In this document: positions 42,185-51,366 of the stretch, one piece after another
How positions within the stretch are numbered: position 1 is the first letter of the stretch
How the letters are laid out: the number at the start of each line of letters is the position of its first letter
Assembly: GCA_026394775.1 (NCBI GenBank)
Contig: JAPLZY010000008.1
Location: forward strand, 1-51,366
Direction: 5' to 3'
DNA length: 51,366 nucleotides
Source: Candidatus Zambryskiibacteriota bacterium
GTDB taxonomy: Bacteria > Patescibacteriota > Minisyncoccia > Phycocordibacterales > DATDWN01
Position numbers and translations under genes: made by a program
Notes under the pieces: model-generated
Databases searched by the model: none
What the model saw: only the letters and a program-made list of their open reading frames with translations
Told to the model about the DNA's origin: nothing

Positions 42185-42206
42185 AAAAACCCCTTACAGG
42201 GTTTTT
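42185..42206. terminator. bidirectional terminator between rpsR (+) and efp (-)
   Basis: AAAAACCC-cttaca-GGGTTTTT, with A/T runs on both sides. Confidence 0.6.
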
Positions 42207-42213
42207 ATTTTAC

Positions 42214-42792
42214 CTAGAAACTATTTCCAACACGTTCTGAGTACTCTCCAGTATCAGTATTGATACGAATGATCTCTCCTTCTTTAATAAACATCGGTAC
42301 AAAGACAGTAGCACCTGTTTCTACAGTCACGCTCTTTGTGGCTCCCTGAGCTGTATTTCCTTTGGTTGCATCCTGTGCCTCTGTTACCTTAAGCTCTACT
42401 TTTACGGGCATTTTGACACCAATAATCTTTTCCTTGAACAAGAGAAGGGAAATGATAGCATTTGTTTTCATAAACTTTGCTCCAATACCAATCATTTCTT
42501 CTTCAATCTTAAACCGCTTTGAAGGGTCGTTGATTTCACAAAACCAAAATTCACCTTTGTTTGCAAAGAGAAATTTTACGTCTTTTTTGTCAATCTCTGC
42601 TTCTTCTACCTTTTCAGATACATGGAAAGACTGTTCAGTCATTTTGCCTGAAATGAGGTTTTTAAGCTTGGTTGCATTGACCGGTTTTCGCTGTTGTTTT
42701 CGAAACACATGCGAGTCAATAACCTCGTAGGGAGTACCATCGAGGACAATAAATTTTCGTTCTACGATTTCGTTGTATTCAAGCATTGCCAT
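42214..42792 (-). CDS. efp: elongation factor P
   Basis: FIVLDGTPYEVIDSHVFRKQQRKPVNATKLKNLISGK and the C-terminal ETGATVFVPMFI. Confidence 0.95.
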   Translation of the reverse strand: MAMLEYNEIVERKFIVLDGTPYEVIDSHVFRKQQRKPVNATKLKNLISGKMTEQSFHVSEKVEEAEIDKKDVKFLFANKGEFWFCEINDPSKRFKIEEEMIGIGAKFMKTNAIISLLLFKEKIIGVKMPVKVELKVTEAQDATKGNTAQGATKSVTVETGATVFVPMFIKEGEIIRINTDTGEYSERVGNSF

Positions 42793-42868
42793 ATAAAGTG
42801 TATGTATTTAAAGTATAACAGACTGTATAACCTTGCGATTATAGCGTATTTTAGGCTTCAAGGAAAGT

Positions 42869-42900
42869 AAAAAGCCTTATCTGTACAGATAAGGCTTTTT
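42869..42900. terminator. palindromic terminator downstream of recA
   Basis: AAAAAGCCTTATCTG-ta-CAGATAAGGCTTTTT is a perfect stem with symmetric A/T runs. Confidence 0.75.
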
Positions 42901-42902
42901 GA

Positions 42903-43985
42903 TTACTCATCAGATGGAGCACTGTCTTCATCTTGGTCACCTCCAACGGGGGTAGGGACTACAGAGCCATTGTTTTTAGCCAAGCCCTCACGGATTTCTT
43001 TGAGCACCTTGTCTGCTAGTTTTGGGTTCTCACGCAAAAACTGTCGTGTTGCGTCGTATCCTCGACCGAGCTTTTCATCTCCATAAGCATAGCTTGTTCC
43101 TGATTTTGTAATTATTTTCATTTTCTCACCGAGAGCAATAATTTCTCCTTCACGAGAAATACCTTCGTTGTACATCAGGTCAAATTCGGTTTGTTTGAAA
43201 GGGGCTGCAACTTTGTTTTTTACTACTTTCACGCGGATACGTCCACCCATAATCTCTTCACCTTTTTTGATCTGGGCAATACGGCGAATGTCGATACGTA
43301 CAGAAGTGTAAAATTTAAGAGCCTTTCCTCCTGGAGTGGTCTCAGGGTTTCCAAACATCACACCGATTTGCATGCGGATTTGGTTGATAAAGATCACCAC
43401 TGTCTTAGACTTTGCTACAATTGCGGTCAGTTTACGAAGAGCTTGTGACATAAGACGTGCTTGCTTACCCACGTGATGTGCCCCCATATCTCCCTCAATC
43501 TCATCGCGAGGGGTGAGTGCTGCTACAGAGTCTATAACAATCACATCCATCTTACCTGATCGAACAAGGGATTCGACAATCTCAAGTGCTTGTTCGCCGT
43601 TGTCTGGTTGAGAAATAAGAAGTTGGTTTATGTTTACACCAAGTCTTTGTGCGTATTCAGGATCCATCGAATGCTCCGCATCGATAAAGGCACAGATGCC
43701 ACCCATCTTTTGAGCCTCGGCTACTATATGTAGAGAGAGGGTAGTCTTACCTGAAGATTCAGGTCCAAATATTTCTATAATACGTCCACGAGGAATACCT
43801 CCTACACCAAGTGCCGCATCGAGACCTATTGATCCTGTCGGGATAGCATTTACATCTACATGAGGTTTGTCTCCCAGCATCATGATAGAGTCTTCACCAA
43901 ATTTTGTTCGTATTTCTCGGAGTGTATCTGCTACGCCAGCGTCGCTACCTTTTGCTACCTTTTCTTTCTTTGGTTTTTTTTGCAT
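42903..43985 (-). CDS. recA: recombinase RecA
   Basis: [17 protein letters not shown] (Walker A), [20 protein letters not shown]. Confidence 0.98.
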   Translation of the reverse strand: MQKKPKKEKVAKGSDAGVADTLREIRTKFGEDSIMMLGDKPHVDVNAIPTGSIGLDAALGVGGIPRGRIIEIFGPESSGKTTLSLHIVAEAQKMGGICAFIDAEHSMDPEYAQRLGVNINQLLISQPDNGEQALEIVESLVRSGKMDVIVIDSVAALTPRDEIEGDMGAHHVGKQARLMSQALRKLTAIVAKSKTVVIFINQIRMQIGVMFGNPETTPGGKALKFYTSVRIDIRRIAQIKKGEEIMGGRIRVKVVKNKVAAPFKQTEFDLMYNEGISREGEIIALGEKMKIITKSGTSYAYGDEKLGRGYDATRQFLRENPKLADKVLKEIREGLAKNNGSVVPTPVGGDQDEDSAPSDE

Positions 43986-43999
43986 ATAAGTCGTTCTGA

Positions 44000-44353
44000 T
44001 TATAACTCTTTATAAATAATTTCTATTTTTCTTTCTACGTGCGCTCCAAATTTATCTTCTGCCTGCAGCTTTATTATATTATAGCCCGGCAAGAGGAGCA
44101 ATGAGTCTTTAAAGTTACCCAACTTGTCTGTATAGAGAGGTCGGTCGTTTAAACGAAGTACGCTTGTGTTCTTTGCCACACCTTTGATCTCGATGAGTGG
44201 GGTAGTGTATGTTGCTCCGTTTAAAGGAGAGGAGAGGTTGATAACGGGACCTCTCAGTATTTTTTGTGCTTGAAATCCACTGTATCCAACAACAACAAGA
44301 ACAAGCAAGACGAGTGAGTAGAATTTTATATAATACGTACCGTTTTTTTTCAT
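44000..44353 (-). CDS. small membrane-anchored protein, function unknown
   Basis: N-terminal transmembrane helix followed by a beta-rich domain of about 85 aa. Tightly packed between ftsK and recA. Confidence 0.5.
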   Translation of the reverse strand: MKKNGTYYIKFYSLVLLVLVVVGYSGFQAQKILRGPVINLSSPLNGATYTTPLIEIKGVAKNTSVLRLNDRPLYTDKLGNFKDSLLLLPGYNIIKLQAEDKFGAHVERKIEIIYKEL

Positions 44354-44359
44354 GAGGGA

Positions 44360-46543
44360 CTATACAGTAGGGTCTGCTTCTCCTGTTTTTACGAGTACAT
44401 CACGAGCTTTTGCTCCGGATCCTGGTCCAATAACCTGTTTTTCTTCAAGACTATCGATGAGTCGTGCGGCTCGAGCGTATCCGATACCGAGCTTTCTTTG
44501 GAGGTACGATGTGGATGCTTTCCCGGTTTCAATAACGATAGAGCGGGCTTCTTCGTATAGGTCGTCATCATCTTCTCCACCTTCGTCTCCAAGTGTTGCT
44601 TCAAAAATAGAATTTTTACCCTCTTGGGATTTTCCAGACAAATCTATTTCATTTGGAAGTTCGAGTGCGTAGTTGTCGGCAAGATATTTTACTACACCTT
44701 TTAGCTCATTTTCTGAAATATATGCAGACTGGATACGCTGAGGTTGAGACATTTCACCTGAAAGGTAGAGCATATCTCCTGCACCAAGAAGTTTTTCCGC
44801 ACCAGACATGTCGAGTATAGTACGAGAGTCGATCTGAGAAGCTACCTGAAGCGCGAGTCGAGTCGGAACGTTGGCTTTGATCAGTCCAGTAATAACATTA
44901 ACCGATGGACGCTGAGTCGAGAGGATGAGGTGAATACCGACCGCTCGGGACATCTGAGCGAGACGTACAATACCAGCTTCAAGCTCTCGTGGGTAGGCTT
45001 GCATAATATCTGCCAACTCGTCAATTACCACTACTATATAAGGCATTGTCTCCACAGGAGTACTTTCTTCTTTACTGTTCCGTGCTTTTTTGAGTGCTGG
45101 CTCGACAATATTTTTATGATACGATTTTATGTTCTGGAGAGATACACCTTGGAGAATGTCGTACCGACGATCCATTTCTTTTGCTGCCCATTTGAGTGCG
45201 AGGATTGCTTTTTTTGCATCTGTGATTACGGGAGTGAGTAAATGTGGGATTTTGTTATACAAAGTGAGTTCCACACGTTTTGGATCCACCATAATAAACT
45301 TGAGGCTGTCTGGGGAGTTTCTGTAAAGAAGAGAGGTGATTACTGCATGAATAGTAACAGACTTACCAGAGCCAGTAGCACCTGCAATAAGCATATGAGG
45401 GGCCTTTGCAAGGTTTGCAAAATAAGACATACCAGAGATACCTTTACCAAGGCAGATCATGAGAGGGTCATCAGAATTTTGAAACTCAGGTGTTCCAAGA
45501 AGAGAACCCATTCCCACTGTTGTTTTGGTGGTGTTAGGGATCTCAATACCCACCAGAGACTTACCAGGAATAGGTGCTTCGATACGTAAAGGGTGGGCTG
45601 CGAGTGCGAGTGAGAGGTCATTTTGAAGACCTAAAATACGTGAGAGCTTTACGCCTTCGGCAGGTTTAAGGGCGTAGCGTGTGATCGATGGTCCGACAGA
45701 AACCTCGTCCATTTCTACATTGATACCAAAGTTTGCAAGCGTTCGCTTGATGATGTTTGAATTTGCTTTAATATCTCCAACTCCTGGCTTGCCCCGATCT
45801 TTTTCAAGAAGGGTAAGTGGGGGAGGAACAAACTCTTTTCCAGAGAGTGAAAGAAAACTTCCCGCAAGATCAAAATCCTTCTTTTCGTCAGTGTCAGATT
45901 TTTTTGTAGATGCCTTTGATTCATCTTTTTTCGCATCATCGAGGTTTGCCTGAGCAATAGCTTGGGCAGTAGCTGGTGCGAGGATAGGTTCAGTATCAAG
46001 TGACGCATCAACAAGAACCTCCTTCTTTCTAAAGAGCGATGAAAAATGTAGCTTGAGTGGAATATCAAACATAACCAAAAAAGATATCACTACAAATGCG
46101 ATAAGAATAATGATAGAAGCGTAGAGGTCAAAAAGTGAAAGGAGTGGGGAAGAGATTAGGTTGCCGACTACACCACCCTTTCCTCCAAGCCCACCTGATG
46201 ATGTAAAAATATTGAGGAGTGCAAGTGCAGAACAGAAGAAAAGTAAACCTCCGATACTGTGTGTAAGAGCGAGCTTTTTTTTAAGTGAATTAAAAAAAGA
46301 AATACAGAGAATAAGAAAGAGGAGAGGAAGGAGCCAGTAACCGTATCCAAAAAGATTTTTTAAAAAATCATAGGTCCAAAGTCCCACTTTACCCCCACTT
46401 GAAAAACCAGCGAGTGTGAAAAAAGTTGCGAGCACAAAAAAGAGAACTGCAATAATACCCTGTAGTGTTTCTTCTTGTAGATAGGTGAATAAGCTGTTCT
46501 CAGAGTCTTCCTTTTTTTCTTCGAGTTTTTTCTTGCGTCCCAT
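44360..46543 (-). CDS. ftsK: DNA translocase FtsK/SpoIIIE
   Basis: N-terminal transmembrane helices, a linker, an ATPase with GATGSGKSV (Walker A) and VVVIDELADIM (Walker B), and a C-terminal gamma winged helix ASTSYLQRKLGIGYARAARLID. Confidence 0.95.
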   Translation of the reverse strand: MGRKKKLEEKKEDSENSLFTYLQEETLQGIIAVLFFVLATFFTLAGFSSGGKVGLWTYDFLKNLFGYGYWLLPLLFLILCISFFNSLKKKLALTHSIGGLLFFCSALALLNIFTSSGGLGGKGGVVGNLISSPLLSLFDLYASIIILIAFVVISFLVMFDIPLKLHFSSLFRKKEVLVDASLDTEPILAPATAQAIAQANLDDAKKDESKASTKKSDTDEKKDFDLAGSFLSLSGKEFVPPPLTLLEKDRGKPGVGDIKANSNIIKRTLANFGINVEMDEVSVGPSITRYALKPAEGVKLSRILGLQNDLSLALAAHPLRIEAPIPGKSLVGIEIPNTTKTTVGMGSLLGTPEFQNSDDPLMICLGKGISGMSYFANLAKAPHMLIAGATGSGKSVTIHAVITSLLYRNSPDSLKFIMVDPKRVELTLYNKIPHLLTPVITDAKKAILALKWAAKEMDRRYDILQGVSLQNIKSYHKNIVEPALKKARNSKEESTPVETMPYIVVVIDELADIMQAYPRELEAGIVRLAQMSRAVGIHLILSTQRPSVNVITGLIKANVPTRLALQVASQIDSRTILDMSGAEKLLGAGDMLYLSGEMSQPQRIQSAYISENELKGVVKYLADNYALELPNEIDLSGKSQEGKNSIFEATLGDEGGEDDDDLYEEARSIVIETGKASTSYLQRKLGIGYARAARLIDSLEEKQVIGPGSGAKARDVLVKTGEADPTV

Positions 46544-46797
46544 TTTTTTAAAATTTTACTTATTATAGCACAAAAGAAATATTGAGATGTGTAGAAACAT
46601 GTAGAAATACGAGGTGAGAAGTAAGAAGTTTGAGATAAGAAGAATAGAGGCATAAACTCAATGATTCTATATCTCTTGTTTCATATCTCTACCCTAGTGT
46701 ATAATGGACATGTACTTGATAGAATAAAAGACATGTGGTATTATATAAGACAACAAAAGACTTCTAAAAATTGTCTCTGAAACAAAATAAAAAACTA

Positions 46798-47619
46798 ATG
46801 GACAATCAAGGTCATAAAAAAGACATAGTGCCTACAGACAGCAGCCAAAACCAGGCAGCTCATTCTTCGAATAACAATAGCCCTATTGATTATTTCTCCC
46901 AAGACCAGTCTTTTGTCTTTGTGTATAAAAAGACAGAAAAGCTCGCTACTGCACTTTACATGGTCACCAATCTTTTTGGGGATGCGGAGCCTATGAAGTG
47001 GACATTGCGTATCAAGGTCTCGCATCTATTGTCTTTTATAATTGGTTTTAAAGAAATACTTGAATCAAGAGAACATGAGTTTTCAAATGAAGTAAAAACA
47101 AAAGTCCTTGAAATAGTGTCGCTCCTAGAAGTGGCCTCACGTTCAGGACTCGTTTCTCCGATGAATTTTTCTATACTTAAAACAGAGTTCATGAACCTCG
47201 TAGAGGCACTTTCTTCTTTCAAAAAAGAAATAACTACAGGTACACGTTTCTCACTACCGCAAACATTCTTTGACGTTGCTTTAAACAAAGAAGTAGAAAA
47301 GGACACTTCGGGTGGTATGCAAACCTTTAACACACCATCACCCCGGTCTTTTGATAAAAGACAAAGCAATGCTGTAAAAGACAACCTGTCTTTTACAGAT
47401 ACTCCAGAAAACAAAGATTCATTTAAAAAGACAAATCGTCAATCAATCATAATCAATTTACTAAAGAAAAAGAAAGACCTTACTATCAAAGATATCGCTC
47501 AGGTTATACGAGATTGTAGTGAAAAAACAATACAAAGAGAGCTCATTGCTTTGATACAGATCGGTGTCCTTAAGAAGGTGGGTGAGCGACGGTGGAGCAA
47601 ATATTCTCTTGTCGAGTAG
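46798..47619 (+). CDS. hypothetical protein with C-terminal winged-helix DNA-binding domain
   Basis: The C-terminus NRQSIIINLLKKKKDLTIKDIAQVIRDCSEKTIQRELIALIQIGVLKKVGERRWSKY resembles a DeoR/MarR-type wHTH domain. ATG 46798 is preferred over TTG 46771. Confidence 0.5.
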   Translation: MDNQGHKKDIVPTDSSQNQAAHSSNNNSPIDYFSQDQSFVFVYKKTEKLATALYMVTNLFGDAEPMKWTLRIKVSHLLSFIIGFKEILESREHEFSNEVKTKVLEIVSLLEVASRSGLVSPMNFSILKTEFMNLVEALSSFKKEITTGTRFSLPQTFFDVALNKEVEKDTSGGMQTFNTPSPRSFDKRQSNAVKDNLSFTDTPENKDSFKKTNRQSIIINLLKKKKDLTIKDIAQVIRDCSEKTIQRELIALIQIGVLKKVGERRWSKYSLVE

Positions 47620-48345
47620 AAATCTAAAAAAAAGATTTTGGTTTGAAAATAGGCTTCATTGTTCTTATCTCGCGTCCTTCTATTTTATTTCGTATCCCTA
47701 TTGAAAATATTGACTTTCGGACCCCTTTTGTGAGATACTTGGAGCTGTGGGTTTTGTGCTATTTAGCCCTTGTTTTAAAGGGTCAATACACAAGTTATCC
47801 ACAAAATTATTTTGTTGGGATGACCTCTCACATATATAATTGTTTTAATAAGTAGACATTCATTTCTAGCAGATGTTTAGAAGTGCGTTATACTTATATT
47901 TCAGATACAGACAGTCACTCGGCACGAACAGATCATTGACAACTTAATAGAAAATTATTTTAGGACTTTTTTAAAAAGTTCTCATTTCCGTATATCAGAA
48001 TTTATCCCGCCTTTATCTGCATAACAGATATTCAGACTAAACATCGCAAACTATCTTTTCAGTTTGTGTCGGTCTGTACACCAGCTGCCACCATGTGGTT
48101 GGTCGTACAAATATAAACTGAAGAGATTAGTTGAGTTGAGCACATGCCTTACAAAGGTGTGCGACTCGGTTCACAAATTATTTTAACAAGCAATCGGTGA
48201 ATAAATAAATTTTATTTATTCGATCCGGGTGAAGTTAAAATACAGGTAGTCCTTTATTAAGTTATTATCATCGGTTCGTGATTCATGTCCTTACTATTTT
48301 ATTAGTAACAAGTGAGGGGTGATCACATTTACAAAAAACGAATAT

Positions 48346-51300
48346 ATGACAGCACAATCAACGTTCGCAAAACTTGTTGCTGGGTTCGCAGGATTCGCAA
48401 TGGTATTTTCATTTGTAGCAACTCCGGTTACTGCATCTGCTCTTACATCTGCGGAACTACAGGCTCAGATCAACATGTTGCAGGCACAGCTTTCATCTCT
48501 TGGAGGTGCAAGCTCAACTGGATACACATTTAACACAAATTTGACAATGGGAAGTAAAGGTACTGATGTAATGAACCTCCAGAAGGTTTTGAACATGAGT
48601 GCTGATACAAAAGTTGCATCATCAGGTGCTGGTTCTCCAGGAATGGAAACATCAACATTTGGTCCAGCTACTCGATCTGCAGTGATTAAGTTCCAGACTA
48701 AATACGGCATCAGCCCAGCAGCTGGTTTCGTAGGAGCTATCACACGAGCAAAGCTTAATACTATGAGTGGTTCAGTTGTGACTACACCAACAACACCAAC
48801 TACTCCTGGTACAAACCCACAGGGTGGAGCTTTGACAGTTTCAATGGCATCACAGCCTGCGAACTCTCTTGCACCTCAGTCAGCTTCTCGAATTCCATTT
48901 ACAACTCTTACGCTTACAGCAGGTTCATCTGACGTAACTGTTAACTCTATTACTGTAGAGCGATCAGGTCTCGCACAGAACTCTGTATTTGCAGGAGTAG
49001 TACTTTTGAATTCAAACGGAATGCAGATTGGTGTTGCTAAGACTCTCAACTCAAACAACCAGGCAATGGTTGGTGAGGCATGGGTGATCAAAGCAGGAAC
49101 ATCTCAGACTGTTACAGTTGCCGGTAATATGGCAGCAAACTTGAGTGCACTCGCAGGACAGGTTGTTGGTCTTAATGTTGTAGCGATTAACACATCAGCT
49201 ACAGTATCAGGATCACTTCCTATCATGGGTGCTCAGCACACAGTGAACGCTACACTCTCATTGGGTGCAGCTACACTTGCGATCTCATCATTTGATCCAA
49301 ACTCAGCTCAGTCAAAAGAAATCGGTACAACAGCATACAAATTTGCTGGTATCCGAGTAACTGCTGGTTCAGCTGAAAAAGTAAAGCTTAACTCTATCCG
49401 ATTCAATCAGGTAGGTTCAGCATCATCTAACGACCTTACAAACGTAATGGTTTACGTAGATGGAACATCTTACAACACAGTAGTTTCTTCAGACGGTAAA
49501 TACTACTCTGCAGTATTCCCAGGTGGTATCTCAATTGACAAAGGTTTCTCAAAAGACATCTATGTTCAGGGTGATATCATTGGTTCAAACACAGCAGGAC
49601 GAACTGTACAGTTCGATATCAATCGAGCAACAGACATCTACCTTACTGGTGAGACATACATGTACGGTATAACACCTACAGCTGGAACAACAGGTTCAGT
49701 AACAACTGCATCTCAGTTCACAACAGGAACACCATTCTTCGATGGTTCACTTGTTACAGTAACAGGTGGTTCAGTAACAACTATCCAGAAGGCAACTTCT
49801 GTTGCTGCAGCAAACGTTGCAGTAAATGTACCTAACCAGGTACTTGGTGGATTCCAGACAGACTTCAAGGGTGAAGCTATCGCGGTACAAAACATGGTGT
49901 TTACAGTATCTACAACAACAGGTAACACATTCGGTTTGACAAACGTAACAATCGTTGATGCAAACGGAGCGGTAGTTGCAGGTCCAGTAGATCAGGTTGG
50001 AACATCACTTTCATTTAGTGATACAGTTACATTCCCAGTTGGAGTGCGAACATACACATTGAAAGGAAAGCTTGCTTCAGCAACACCTAACAATACAACA
50101 TTTACAGTTGCGTCAACTCCATCTTCACAGTGGACAAACATCACAGGACAGACAACAGGTAACACTGTAAGTCTTTCAGGTGCTGGTATCTTCACAATGA
50201 ACACAATGACAGTTAAGGCAGCTTCACTTGCAGTAAGTGTTTCAGCTACACCTTCAGCTCAGTCAATTGTGGCTGGTGGTCAGGGTATTACATTTGCTAA
50301 CTTCCAGTTTGATGCGTCACAGTCAGGTGAAGATGTACGATTCTCATCACTTGCTTTGACAAACACAGGTGGAAACACAGGTGCAACATCATGTCAGTTG
50401 TTTGATGGTGCTACAGCTTTGAACACAGGTTCAAACGTTGTAACTACATCAGCAGCTACAAATACATTTACACTTGATTCACAGCTTGTTGTTGCGAAAG
50501 GAACAGTCAAGACTTTGACACTTAAGTGTAATGTAACTTCAGCCGCTAGTGGTACATTCCAGTGGGGTATTACAGGAATACAGATCGGTAACATTGCAGT
50601 TTCTGGAGTAACATCTTCAAACTCAATTGTTGCTACTGGTTCTACAGGAGCTGGTCAGACTATGACAGTTGGAACAGGATCACTCGTAGTATCTACAGAT
50701 TCATCTAGCCCTTCATACACTGTTGTGGCATCTGGTTCTACAGGAAATACTGCAGGTGTATTCAAATTCCGAGCTACAAATGAAGCAGTTAACCTAAACC
50801 GAGTTTCTTTGAGACTTACTTCAGGTTCTGCATCTGACCTTGTACAAGTTTCTATCTGGGACGGTGCAACACAAGTTGGTACAGCAGTATTTACTGGTAA
50901 CAGTGCATTCGCTACATCAACATTTGCAACTTCAGTAGTACTTCCAAAGGATACAGACAAGACTTTGACAGTAAAAGTTGACCTAGGTATGGTTGGAACA
51001 TCACAGCCAGCATCACAAGGATCACTTATCAGAGTTGACTTCAATGGTTCTGACGCTACAGGTACTCAGGGAACAGGAGTAGGTTCTGGTAACACAATCA
51101 ACGCAACTGGTTCTACATCAGTAGCAGGTGTACGATTGTTCAAATCATTCCCTACACTCGCTCTTGATACTCTTGGTTCAACAGGACTCGCAGACGGACG
51201 ACTTATTCGTTACAAGGTAACTGCTAATGCAAATGGATCTATTGGAATCTCTTCAATGAAATTCTCAGTAGCTACTACTTCAGCAACAGTTACTAACGTA

Positions 51301-51366
51301 GCATTGTACGCCTTTACAGACGCTTCATACTCTTCTCCAGTTTCTGGACAAGGTACAAGTGGTCAG
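48346..51366 (+). CDS. large secreted surface protein (partial, runs off the window) with a signal peptide, a PG_binding_1 domain and a long Thr/Ser/Gly/Val/Ala-rich beta region; S-layer-like
   Basis: I spot-translated 20-22 codon stretches at 48841, 49501, 50401 and 51301 in this frame and met no stop. The track, which appears to list only stop-terminated ORFs, shows no plus-strand ORF here. The frame was not read in full. The protein starts MTAQSTFAKLVAGFAGFAMVFSFVATPVTASA (signal peptide). GSKGTDVMNLQKVLN...GPATRSAVIKFQTKYGISPAAGFVGAITRAKL is a peptidoglycan-binding domain, followed by a TTPTTPTTPG linker. Confidence 0.85.
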   Translation, partial: MTAQSTFAKLVAGFAGFAMVFSFVATPVTASALTSAELQAQINMLQAQLSSLGGASSTGYTFNTNLTMGSKGTDVMNLQKVLNMSADTKVASSGAGSPGMETSTFGPATRSAVIKFQTKYGISPAAGFVGAITRAKLNTMSGSVVTTPTTPTTPGTNPQGGALTVSMASQPANSLAPQSASRIPFTTLTLTAGSSDVTVNSITVERSGLAQNSVFAGVVLLNSNGMQIGVAKTLNSNNQAMVGEAWVIKAGTSQTVTVAGNMAANLSALAGQVVGLNVVAINTSATVSGSLPIMGAQHTVNATLSLGAATLAISSFDPNSAQSKEIGTTAYKFAGIRVTAGSAEKVKLNSIRFNQVGSASSNDLTNVMVYVDGTSYNTVVSSDGKYYSAVFPGGISIDKGFSKDIYVQGDIIGSNTAGRTVQFDINRATDIYLTGETYMYGITPTAGTTGSVTTASQFTTGTPFFDGSLVTVTGGSVTTIQKATSVAAANVAVNVPNQVLGGFQTDFKGEAIAVQNMVFTVSTTTGNTFGLTNVTIVDANGAVVAGPVDQVGTSLSFSDTVTFPVGVRTYTLKGKLASATPNNTTFTVASTPSSQWTNITGQTTGNTVSLSGAGIFTMNTMTVKAASLAVSVSATPSAQSIVAGGQGITFANFQFDASQSGEDVRFSSLALTNTGGNTGATSCQLFDGATALNTGSNVVTTSAATNTFTLDSQLVVAKGTVKTLTLKCNVTSAASGTFQWGITGIQIGNIAVSGVTSSNSIVATGSTGAGQTMTVGTGSLVVSTDSSSPSYTVVASGSTGNTAGVFKFRATNEAVNLNRVSLRLTSGSASDLVQVSIWDGATQVGTAVFTGNSAFATSTFATSVVLPKDTDKTLTVKVDLGMVGTSQPASQGSLIRVDFNGSDATGTQGTGVGSGNTINATGSTSVAGVRLFKSFPTLALDTLGSTGLADGRLIRYKVTANANGSIGISSMKFSVATTSATVTNVALYAFTDASYSSPVSGQGTSGQ

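Noticed and set aside
47795-47803. Perfect DnaA-box consensus TTATCCACA in the long intergenic region, suggesting a replication origin
   Set aside because: Only a single box was seen. There is no cluster of boxes, no adjacent dnaA/dnaN and no obvious AT-rich unwinding element next to it. One 9-mer match in 51 kb on two strands is compatible with chance.
48465-51044. Series of 60-130-aa minus-strand ORFs (48465..48743, 48876..49091, 49713..49928, 49992..50204, 50394..50594, 50655..51044)
   Set aside because: All are antisense to the single long + strand surface-protein frame. Stop-poor antisense frames are expected from that gene's biased codon usage.
1-51366. CRISPR arrays, rRNA genes, transposase or integrase genes
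   Set aside because: I looked for regularly spaced direct repeats, rRNA-like conserved blocks and DDE or tyrosine-recombinase motifs. I saw none. The only repeat families are the DGR VR/TR pair and the TTCGTA elements.

Overview
AT-rich, gene-dense chromosomal segment with about 55 CDS, mostly on the + strand. The gene content and style look like a small-genome Candidate Phyla Radiation / Parcubacteria-type bacterium; that placement is inference. Standard code 11 fits: conserved genes have no in-frame TGA, and TAA, TAG and TGA all act as stops.

Housekeeping content: secE-nusG-rplK, rpsF-ssb-rpsR, argS, ileS, glyQS, metG, recA, recO, ftsK, efp, folD, tatD, a class II photolyase, two M16 peptidases, two AI-2E permeases, an ABC exporter and one tRNA-His.

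Observations worth a second look:
1. A complete diversity-generating retroelement at 33403-35918. The 123-bp template and variable repeats differ at 22 positions, all at template adenines.
2. An isoleucyl-tRNA synthetase carrying a complete histidine-phosphatase domain of about 200 codons inserted in frame (26361-26963).
3. A pyrimidine deoxynucleotide module (19520-22985): dCMP deaminase, an NT5C-like HAD nucleotidase, an orphan ParB-like protein and an MtrA-like/thymidylate-synthase-like fusion.
4. A family of about 110-nt palindromic TACGAA/TTCGTA-rich elements in five intercistronic gaps, each directly upstream of a start codon.
5. A tandem pair of HNH endonuclease paralogs next to tRNA-His. 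The first copy is broken by one in-frame TAA.
6. A zeta-toxin-like kinase with a small overlapping downstream ORF.
7. An open-ended ORF of more than 1007 codons (48346 to the window end) that is missing from the ORF track. It looks like a highly expressed peptidoglycan-anchored surface / S-layer-like protein and sits behind a 725-bp ORF-free leader.

rplK is not followed by rplA, and rpsR is not followed by rplI. All coordinates and motif matches were read by eye; no database search was run.
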